DNA of 28,413 nt from an uncultured virus (IMG/VR IMGVR_UViG_3300037067_011978) (Duplodnaviria > Heunggongvirae > Uroviricota > Caudoviricetes), in IMG/VR virus record IMGVR_UViG_3300037067_011978; one strand, written 5' to 3'. Every line of letters begins with the position of its first letter. Position 1 is the first letter of the stretch. Below the pieces are notes generated by a model that saw only the letters and a program-made list of their open reading frames with translations, made no database searches and was not told where the DNA came from. Made by a program: the position numbers and the translations under genes. Shown piece by piece: positions 1 to 7,400 of this stretch.

Positions 1-113
1 AAAAATGTATTAGATATCCTACAAATAAAAAAGATGAATTAAATGATAATTGGTTAAAGCATGAAAATATGATAAGTGTTAATGGCAAATGCAGAGCGTT
101 TATTGAAAGATAA
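1..113 (+). CDS. 3' end of a hypothetical protein (5'-truncated by window)
   Basis: Frame open from position 3 (KCIRYPTNK...FIER) to TAA 111-113, followed by the SD (AAGGAGG) of the next gene. Confidence 0.5.
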   Translation, partial: KCIRYPTNKKDELNDNWLKHENMISVNGKCRAFIER

Positions 114-125
114 TAAGGAGGAATC

Positions 126-797
126 ATGGTAACGCGCGAGCAGTATGACAACGCGGTAAAGATTAGGGATAATGGGTATAGGTGTAGCGATTTGGGGCCT
201 AATGGGCTTTCTTGTTGTAAGAGTCAATGCTTTGACTCTATTTCTTTTAATTGTGGAAGCAGCTCCGAACCAAATGGACGCCGAAAACAAGTAGTCGATG
301 ACCGCATCTCCACCTACGAAACCGAGCATCCCGAGGATTTCGGCCCCGGCGAGGGGTGGCGATGGCTGAAACCTGAGGCAGATATCCTATGCAAAGGGGA
401 TGAGAACTATTTCAGATCGGTTGAGTTTAGGCCGATAAATCCAGAGTTATTCGGCCAGATTGTCAAGCTCCAAAATGGCTTCCGTCGCCGCATCTCAAAG
501 CCTCGCATATACACCTATGAGGACGTAAACCTACCCGAGGTTCAAGCGTTAGTGGGGAAAATGGTTTATGTGTGCGATTGTTACCGAAAGATAAACGAAG
601 AACCAGAAAACCAAGTAATATTGTATGAAATAAAGGTAGATAAATGGCACCCATTTATTGATAAATCGAGGAACTGGTGGCAATTCATCCGCGCGATTGA
701 TCCTATCCGCCTCACCCGTGCCGAGCTTATCGCCATAGCTGCCAAGGCTCGCGGCGTCAACCCTGAACAGATCGTAGTGGAGGATGAATCGAAATGA
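126..797 (+). CDS. hypothetical phage protein, 223 aa, Cys-rich N-terminus, visibly higher GC than the rest of the window
   Basis: Strong SD AAGGAGGA just before ATG; long ORF; no family recognised. Confidence 0.8.
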   Translation: MVTREQYDNAVKIRDNGYRCSDLGPNGLSCCKSQCFDSISFNCGSSSEPNGRRKQVVDDRISTYETEHPEDFGPGEGWRWLKPEADILCKGDENYFRSVEFRPINPELFGQIVKLQNGFRRRISKPRIYTYEDVNLPEVQALVGKMVYVCDCYRKINEEPENQVILYEIKVDKWHPFIDKSRNWWQFIRAIDPIRLTRAELIAIAAKARGVNPEQIVVEDESK

Positions 798-910
798 TTT
801 GTGAAACATGCGGAAACCTTATCGAGGATTGCGAATGTGAACGAGATGAAGATCAAGGTCCATTATCAGACGATATAGGAGAAACTGATTATGACGGGGA
901 TGGTATCTAG
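794..910 (+). CDS. small acidic Cys-motif protein, 38 aa (MICETCGNLIEDCECERDEDQG...)
   Basis: ATGA overlap with the previous stop; CxxC...CxC motif; hand-translated. Confidence 0.5.
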   Translation: MICETCGNLIEDCECERDEDQGPLSDDIGETDYDGDGI

Positions 911-1058
911 CCGCCCAGCGCTCAACCCTAGAGGCGGCGGAGAGATTTTGCAGAATTTGTCCGGTTCCGATAGATGATTGTCAATGCCCTACACGGTTCA
1001 ACATCGAAACAGAATGCGATTATTACCAGGCCATCCTCGAACCGATCAAGGAGTAAAT

Positions 1059-1229
1059 ATGAAATTAACAAATGAACAGTCAAATCTAAAAGATAATATT
1101 CAAGAAGATTTAGTAAAAATAACTTATTTAGAGGAGAAAATAAAAGCAAATAAAAAACATATTAAAAATATTGTATCAAGGATAAATAATATTTTTACTG
1201 CATTGAATACTATAAGGGGCTATCTATGA
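1059..1229 (+). CDS. hypothetical coiled-coil protein, 56 aa (MKLTNEQ...)
   Basis: SD AAGGAG before ATG 1059, a better start than the track's 978. Confidence 0.7.
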   Translation: MKLTNEQSNLKDNIQEDLVKITYLEEKIKANKKHIKNIVSRINNIFTALNTIRGYL

Positions 1230-1402
1230 AATGTATTTGCGGATATGATGAAAACGATGAATTTAGATGGTTTTCTCACCCTTCACATATAGAAAAGGAT
1301 TTGCCAAAATTTAAAAGAATAGATGGAAGATTTTTTGTTGGTGATGAAAAAGAAATTGAACTTTTTATGTGCCCAAAATGTGGGACTATTCAAGGCAGAT
1401 AG
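1226..1402 (+). CDS. small zinc-ribbon-like protein, 58 aa (MKCICG...MCPKCGTIQGR)
   Basis: ATGA coupling to the previous gene; terminal CxC and CPKC motifs; hand-translated. Confidence 0.7.
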   Translation: MKCICGYDENDEFRWFSHPSHIEKDLPKFKRIDGRFFVGDEKEIELFMCPKCGTIQGR

Positions 1403-1443
1403 TTAATCATCTTTTAACTTCCTATAATAAAAATACTAACGCT

Positions 1444-1479
1444 ATGAGGCTTTATACAAGAAAAGGTATAAAGCCTCAT
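1444..1479. terminator. likely bidirectional terminator between convergent units
   Basis: Perfect 14-bp inverted repeat ATGAGGCTTTATAC-8 nt-GTATAAAGCCTCAT, T-rich on the right, located where the plus and minus gene blocks meet. Confidence 0.75.
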
Positions 1480-1483
1480 TTCT

Positions 1484-1963
1484 TTATAACAAACCCCTTA
1501 AAATCGTGTTTTGAAGCCATATCCACAAACCTTCAAGGACCATTATCGATCCCGTTATTCCCGCTATCCATATTAATGCTTTTTGTACCTTCAATGATTT
1601 CTGATAATTCTTGTTCAATGTCAAATATAATTTTTCCTGCTTCGTCGTTTCCAGTTGTAAGCTTTCGATATATTTCTGTTTCTCTTCTATATCTATCTTC
1701 AAGCTTTTTATAATCAAGCTCAAATCGTCTTGCACTTTCTGATTTGATTCTTTCAAGCTCGATAATTCTTTTTCTTTCAATTGCAATTCCATCGTTAAGC
1801 TTTCCAATAATATCGTTTGATTGCTTAATAGAGTTTTCATATTTGAAACTTTCAATTGAATACTTATCAGTTTCGATTTTGAAACAAGTATAGAATCCTC
1901 CGAAAAAAGTAATGAGTAAAACGATGATACCAATACTAATATATATAAGTATTTTTTTATCAT
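1484..1963 (-). CDS. spanin-like membrane protein: signal-like N-terminus, coiled coil, C-terminal hydrophobic segment (159 aa)
   Basis: ATG overlaps the holin stop (ATGA); last gene of the lysis block. Confidence 0.6.
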   Translation of the reverse strand: MIKKYLYILVLVSSFYSLLFSEDSILVSKSKLISIQLKVSNMKTLLSNQTILLESLTMELQLKEKELSSLKESNQKVQDDLSLIIKSLKIDIEEKQKYIESLQLETTKQEKLYLTLNKNYQKSLKVQKALIWIAGITGSIMVLEGLWIWLQNTILRGLL

Positions 1964-1967
1964 TCAA
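1533..1967 (-). CDS. Rz/i-spanin-like protein: N-terminal TM helix plus coiled coil (144 aa)
   Basis: TTG start 7 nt after AAAGGA; type II membrane topology; lysis-block position. Confidence 0.6.
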   Translation of the reverse strand: MNDKKILIYISIGIIVLLITFFGGFYTCFKIETDKYSIESFKYENSIKQSNDIIGKLNDGIAIERKRIIELERIKSESARRFELDYKKLEDRYRRETEIYRKLTTGNDEAGKIIFDIEQELSEIIEGTKSINMDSGNNGIDNGP

Positions 1968-2151
1968 TTTTTATTCCTTTACTCATCGCAAATAATTTAT
2001 ATATTTCCCTTGTTCCTACCATTAATGACAAGGCTATAAACGGATAAAGAAAATCTACTTTATAAAAAAAGAATGCCGCAACAGTTATAATTACAAATAA
2101 TCCTTTTACGCCTACAAATTTTTTTATTAAATCTAATATTCTCTTTTTCAT
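1960..2151 (-). CDS. putative holin (63 aa, two hydrophobic segments)
   Basis: Small, basic termini, two TM-like stretches, directly after the endolysin candidate; SD GGAG. Confidence 0.6.
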   Translation of the reverse strand: MKKRILDLIKKFVGVKGLFVIITVAAFFFYKVDFLYPFIALSLMVGTREIYKLFAMSKGIKIE

Positions 2152-2160
2152 TTTCTCTCC

Positions 2161-2811
2161 TTATAGTTTAATTAAATTATATGAATCTACAATATAACTT
2201 TCTTTCTTCATAAACGGATCAATATATTCATATAGGAAATTGTTCATTAATTTAATTCCACCACCACGATTTTTCATATCTTCTTTTAAATAAGGGCCAT
2301 ATTTTTTTATCAAATTATCTTTATCATTTTTCTTCCAAAGGTTTCCCCATTTTTCATCTAAATCAGAATCATAAATACCTTTTTCTAATGTTAATGAATA
2401 ATGAACGTGACGGCCACTTCCGCCAAAATTAGATACAGATAATCCATAATTTCCAGCAGGGCCTATTATAGAACCTTTATCAATAGGTAAACCATTTAAT
2501 ATTAAAGCTCTAGTATCAGGGAATAATTCTTCACGTAATAAATGCAATAATCTTAATTCAAACCCTTCACCGATTAATCTTAATATACTTACACCAGCAC
2601 CATTATCATCAATCCATTTTGTTTTTATTACTTCACATGGATTATAGATAGGAAAATCTTTATATCGTTTTTCCTTATTAATAGGTAATGCTCTATCAAT
2701 AGGATGACAACGAGGATTTCCTGGAAATGTTTTGTTATCAATTCCAAATGGGATTGTTATAGTTGATTCAGGGAAAAATAATTTAGGATCAATATAATTT
2801 AATATTTTCAT
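2161..2811 (-). CDS. M23-family metallopeptidase-like endolysin
   Basis: IGPAGNYGLS...GRHVHY matches the M23 HxH motif region; upstream CHPID and LLHL; lysis-block position. Confidence 0.7.
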   Translation of the reverse strand: MKILNYIDPKLFFPESTITIPFGIDNKTFPGNPRCHPIDRALPINKEKRYKDFPIYNPCEVIKTKWIDDNGAGVSILRLIGEGFELRLLHLLREELFPDTRALILNGLPIDKGSIIGPAGNYGLSVSNFGGSGRHVHYSLTLEKGIYDSDLDEKWGNLWKKNDKDNLIKKYGPYLKEDMKNRGGGIKLMNNFLYEYIDPFMKKESYIVDSYNLIKL

Positions 2812-3113
2812 TTTTTTAATATAGACATTACAAGTAAGAATAAATTAGGAACAGCAGATACAAGCGCCACTAGTATTAACGTTTTAGAATTGATATTCGT
2901 TTTAGTCATTTCAATTTCGTCTCCTTTTGCTTTAGTTTCACTTTCAATATGAACTTTTAACGCATTACATCCATAACAACTTTCTTCTCTTTCTTTTAAT
3001 AAATAATCACTTTGCCATGATTCTAGGATGTTGACCCTTGATACAATGCCATCTTTACAATCATTTAATTGTTGCTCATGTTTTCTTACTAAATCATGGT
3101 CTTCACTTTCCAT
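2808..3113 (-). CDS. small protein with C-terminal TM helix (lysis-associated, holin/XhlA-like topology)
   Basis: Hydrophobic C-terminus TLILVALVSAVPNLFLLVMSIL; ATGA-coupled to the endolysin gene. Confidence 0.55.
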   Translation of the reverse strand: MESEDHDLVRKHEQQLNDCKDGIVSRVNILESWQSDYLLKEREESCYGCNALKVHIESETKAKGDEIEMTKTNINSKTLILVALVSAVPNLFLLVMSILKK

Positions 3114-3125
3114 TATGTACTCCCT

Positions 3126-4580
3126 TTATACGATTCTGTAACCGAAATTAATAAAACCATTTTCGTTTAATTTATATGATTTTGAAATAATTTCACATTT
3201 TTTTGTTCCTAACATATCCTCCCCATCTAATTTTTTTATTTCTATATTTACAATATCGCCTAACGTTAAAGTATAATAAGACATTGGAACTAATACTTCT
3301 CCGATACCATGAATGTCTTTTGCATATTGCAGTATCGTTTCGCCAAATGCAGTAGCATCAGTACTATTAGTTAATAATGTAAAGAATGTTTTTTGATTAT
3401 ATATTTTATATGTTTGGAATACGGTAGATTCATAATTAGTATTATAAACAAAAGTATATGGTGAATCATATCCTAATGTCCAATCTTTATTGTATCCAAC
3501 TTTAGCAGAAGAAATAACTTCCGTAGGATCAAAACTTATATAGTGATTTGATAAAATATCTGAATCAAGAATAGTTGTAGATGCCGTAGCGGTAGTATCT
3601 ACTATTTTAAATGAAACCTTGTTATCAGTTTCTAATATAAATAAACCAAATACCGTAGAACATATATTTTCTATAATATCTATTACTGGAGATTCTTCTT
3701 CTGATTCTTCCATATCAATAGTAATATTATTTACTAAAGCTTTTGCGACTTCCCAAGCCGTAGTATTATAAAAAATAGAATCATAATTAATAGCATAATT
3801 ATTTAACAACAATTCTTGAATAGCTTCTAAAGCATTTTTATTTGTACATTTATAAATAGCTGATTTTGTTAAAAACTTTCTTGAGTCTTCTCCATTAATA
3901 ATAAATTGTTCTTCTGATAAAGATGTCTTTTCAACCTTGCCAGAAAAAACACATATATAATCATCTATATTTATATCATCATAACCAAACAATATTCTAA
4001 CAATATTCCCATAAAGATTTCCTCCACCAAATATTCCAGAAGTTTCTAAGAAATTATTAAAATTACCATCTTCATTGTGTAAAGATAAAGTAACACCATT
4101 ATATTGTATTTTACCAAAGTATAATGGATCGCGTGAAATAGTTATATCAGGAACTTGTGATAATCTACCTTCATAAATTGTTTCTGAATTAATTGGTTTT
4201 ATATCATTAAATGAATATCCAAATAATATATTTAAAAAAACATCATGTAATATAGGGTTATCATAAAAAGACAAACAAACATAAACTCTATTTGAAGTAT
4301 AATAATATGTATTCGGAGAATTGGTTAATTCTAATAATGAATCTTTTTTTATTAATAAAATACTATCTACAAATATAGAGCCAATCTCTCCAAATGTTTG
4401 AACAGTAAATCCTGATAATAAACTTGCATCAACTTCTGGATAATTAATATTAAAATCCACATACCAAATACCCGAACCAATATTTACCCATTGAATATTT
4501 ATTTTTGAAACGTGTAATTGCATTAACATTATAAAAGGCGAGGTAGATTTTGCTGTCCATTGTGCTAATGTTAATGACAA
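3126..4580 (-). CDS. tail tip / baseplate hub-like protein (484 aa)
   Basis: Position after tail genes; hub-like segments (VRILFGY, VFSGKVE, LTLGDIVNI); TTG start. Confidence 0.65.
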   Translation of the reverse strand: MSLTLAQWTAKSTSPFIMLMQLHVSKINIQWVNIGSGIWYVDFNINYPEVDASLLSGFTVQTFGEIGSIFVDSILLIKKDSLLELTNSPNTYYYTSNRVYVCLSFYDNPILHDVFLNILFGYSFNDIKPINSETIYEGRLSQVPDITISRDPLYFGKIQYNGVTLSLHNEDGNFNNFLETSGIFGGGNLYGNIVRILFGYDDINIDDYICVFSGKVEKTSLSEEQFIINGEDSRKFLTKSAIYKCTNKNALEAIQELLLNNYAINYDSIFYNTTAWEVAKALVNNITIDMEESEEESPVIDIIENICSTVFGLFILETDNKVSFKIVDTTATASTTILDSDILSNHYISFDPTEVISSAKVGYNKDWTLGYDSPYTFVYNTNYESTVFQTYKIYNQKTFFTLLTNSTDATAFGETILQYAKDIHGIGEVLVPMSYYTLTLGDIVNIEIKKLDGEDMLGTKKCEIISKSYKLNENGFINFGYRIV

Positions 4581-4586
4581 TTTATT

Positions 4587-5600
4587 TTAACCCCAAGCAA
4601 TAGAAATTGCAAATATTGTAGTAGCATCACCAGAATCATAATAATGAGCATTTATACAATTAGAAGTATTATTTTGGATACCATAAATCGTAATTCTTGT
4701 TGAAGATGTTCTCATTGCATAAGAAAAAGTCATTATATTTGGGGTTGTGTCAGAAGTACCAGCGCCTCCAGTTATTTTAATTACATCATTTGTGCTTGGT
4801 ATTGCTGGCGACAAAGAATCAAATACTGAACCACGTACAACATTGTTACCATGAACAGAACCACATTTAGAATACATTGGTCCTAATACTCTTGAAGGTT
4901 TCCCTGAATTACCAACAAAATCATAGAGTGTACCATGGCCTACTACTCCATAAGGGCCTTCCCCATATACACCTTCTCCACCAGTATATCCTTTCCCATA
5001 TACCCCAATACCACCTATCGACTCTGATGATTCTCCATATGTTCCAATATATCCTTTCCCATACACTCCAAAATCATCACCAACACCATACACTCCATAA
5101 TCGTTACTAATACCCTTAACACCAAAATTTACACCAATTCCCAATACACCACTTGTATTTCCATAAACTTTTAATCCTTCAACCCCAGTTTCATTAATAT
5201 TCTGCATAATATTTTTGAACCCTTGACTTGTATTTGAAACTTTATATACAGAAGCGACAACCCTAACAACCGATCCTGCCGTTGCATACCATCCATTTTT
5301 ACTTGTTACCCAAGTTGGTGCCGTTTCTGTCCATGATGCTGTTAATATTTGACTTCCTGCTGTTCCGCTTGGTGTTAATGCTAAATAGGCAGAAGCAGAA
5401 GTTGTAATTGCCGTCCATGATGAAGCATTGGGCGTTATTGCTGAATCAGCTTTAAAAAATGCTCCAGATATTTCTATGGCAGAACCACTCGCTATTGTCG
5501 ATAATGCAGAAGTAGCAAAATCAGTTAATGATATACCACTATATCCAATAAGACCTGAATTAATTATGGTTACTGACGTAGCAATTTGATTAAACGCGAT
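4587..5600 (-). CDS. tail fibre / receptor-binding-like protein, 337 aa, apparent ATC start
   Basis: Frame is open 131 codons upstream of the track's ATG 5207, up to ATC 5600-5598, 8 nt after GGAGG; Gly-rich GVYG-type repeats in the C-terminal half. Confidence 0.7.
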   Translation of the reverse strand: MAFNQIATSVTIINSGLIGYSGISLTDFATSALSTIASGSAIEISGAFFKADSAITPNASSWTAITTSASAYLALTPSGTAGSQILTASWTETAPTWVTSKNGWYATAGSVVRVVASVYKVSNTSQGFKNIMQNINETGVEGLKVYGNTSGVLGIGVNFGVKGISNDYGVYGVGDDFGVYGKGYIGTYGESSESIGGIGVYGKGYTGGEGVYGEGPYGVVGHGTLYDFVGNSGKPSRVLGPMYSKCGSVHGNNVVRGSVFDSLSPAIPSTNDVIKITGGAGTSDTTPNIMTFSYAMRTSSTRITIYGIQNNTSNCINAHYYDSGDATTIFAISIAWG

Positions 5601-5612
5601 TTTGTTTTCCTC

Positions 5613-7400
5613 CTACAATATTTCTTCTAAATCTAAATCATAAACCCAATCCATTCCGACTTTAGATAAATGATTAAAATTCAAATCATTATTTATTACA
5701 CAATAAACAGGTTCAACTAAAGAATAATTTCTAGCAGTGTCTAAATTGCAGAATATTATAGATGAATGATTCCCTACTGTATCAAATATATTCTGTATTG
5801 CATTAATCATTTCACTACTCGATCTTGGAAAAGATAATTTAAATTGCCTCCAAGTTATTCCAGGAGTGGAAAACTTTTGTCTATTTCTACCAAATGAAAC
5901 TATATCATTCCGCTTTTTTATTATGCTAAAATTATCTAATGATGAAGGATTTATAGTTGTATAATCAGAAAGCCAAAGCCTTCCTATTTCTATAGAACCT
6001 TGACCCGTAATTGTAATTTTCCAATATTTATAAATATATGTAGATGCTAAAAATCTTAATAACATTTTATCACTATTTATATAATTAAAATATTCAGTTA
6101 TTGGAGGAGCATCAAATTTGTTTAAGTCATTTGCCTGTACTTTTATTTTACTACTTGATTTTATATTGTGTCCTATTATCGCAGCGGTATTCACTTTATA
6201 ATTTTTATCTAAATTATAATCACATACTAATGATAAATTTTCTGTTTCATATGAAATATTATTTTCTTCATTTAATTTTTCATTATCAGATAACGTTCTT
6301 CCCCATATTTTATATTTACCAATTAATCCAGGGAATTGATTTAATGTTGCGTTATATCTCCCAATGAATAATTCCCCAGTTGGCATAATAATTTGATTTG
6401 TTAATGTTCCAGTAGTTGTAATCCCATCAACTGTTATTGTATAAATTTTAGTTGAATAAGTATATGTTATTATTACATTTTTTAATGTAGTTGAATTTAA
6501 TGTAACAATATTATTTACCGTTTCCGTTCCTGCAGTTGTTACAAAAACTAAATTATATGTTGATGATGTATTTGTAGACGAAATACAATAAAGACCATTA
6601 GATGTATCTAATCCATATTTAAAAATAATTTTTTCATTATCAGCAAAATTTACATTTATTTTTTCTAATGCAGAAAATTCAATAGTAAAGCCATCAAGTT
6701 CAGTTAAATCGGATATTGTTCCTGAACAATAAGCACAATTATTATTAAAATTAATACATTTTAAATTCCCATTCATTTCAGTGTTTATATTAATTGGAGT
6801 CAACGTAAAATTATTTTCACTGTTATCAGGTAGCAATGTATTATAAGCACCTGTTCCTACATAACTATAATCAACATCAAAATGAGAATTAATATTATAA
6901 GAAGTGACAAGAATATTATAAGCATCAGAAGGACCAACAGTATTTAATGTTCCCCATTGATTATAACTTAGTATAACAGAATCTAAAGTCGCACCTAAAG
7001 TAACAGCAGGTGCCTTTAACATAAAAGTTTCTGCCGATGCATTTGTATTCCTAATTCTTATTATTACATTTTTACTTGAGGTGCTAATTGTTCTATAACA
7101 ATCGCAATTAACGTGTAATAAGCCATTAGAAACAGTTAAGGCCGTAGCTCCGTTGCTTATCCAACTATCCGTAGTTGACCACTCTGTTTGTAAATATGTT
7201 GTCCCTGTAGTAGAATCAGGGTATTGGGGAAATGTATTAAATTCACAAGTTATTGTTTGTGTTGTCGTCGCATCGCTCATCCATGTTTTTTTTAATCTTT
7301 CATCTTGAACATTTATTACAGTATATCCCGTTGCTGTAGTTGATGCGGTTAAAGTCACTGAGGTTAAATCATCTACGATGTTATTGTGCATTATTCTCAT
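5613..7400 (-). CDS. distal tail-like protein with inserted LamG/ConA-like domain (595 aa)
   Basis: Directly follows the tape measure (TGATG overlap); LFIGRY...FPGLIGKYKIWGRTLSDNE resembles the C-terminal LamG signature. Confidence 0.6.
   Translation of the reverse strand: MRIMHNNIVDDLTSVTLTASTTATGYTVINVQDERLKKTWMSDATTTQTITCEFNTFPQYPDSTTGTTYLQTEWSTTDSWISNGATALTVSNGLLHVNCDCYRTISTSSKNVIIRIRNTNASAETFMLKAPAVTLGATLDSVILSYNQWGTLNTVGPSDAYNILVTSYNINSHFDVDYSYVGTGAYNTLLPDNSENNFTLTPININTEMNGNLKCINFNNNCAYCSGTISDLTELDGFTIEFSALEKINVNFADNEKIIFKYGLDTSNGLYCISSTNTSSTYNLVFVTTAGTETVNNIVTLNSTTLKNVIITYTYSTKIYTITVDGITTTGTLTNQIIMPTGELFIGRYNATLNQFPGLIGKYKIWGRTLSDNEKLNEENNISYETENLSLVCDYNLDKNYKVNTAAIIGHNIKSSSKIKVQANDLNKFDAPPITEYFNYINSDKMLLRFLASTYIYKYWKITITGQGSIEIGRLWLSDYTTINPSSLDNFSIIKKRNDIVSFGRNRQKFSTPGITWRQFKLSFPRSSSEMINAIQNIFDTVGNHSSIIFCNLDTARNYSLVEPVYCVINNDLNFNHLSKVGMDWVYDLDLEEIL

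Noticed and set aside
54..1149. Minus-strand ORFs 54-329, 463-654, 549-809, 581-856 and 928-1149
   Set aside because: Antisense to plus-strand genes that have good SD sites and coupled starts and stops.
4587..5207. Diversity-generating retroelement target in the tail fibre
   Set aside because: No reverse transcriptase and no template/variable repeat pair seen in this window.
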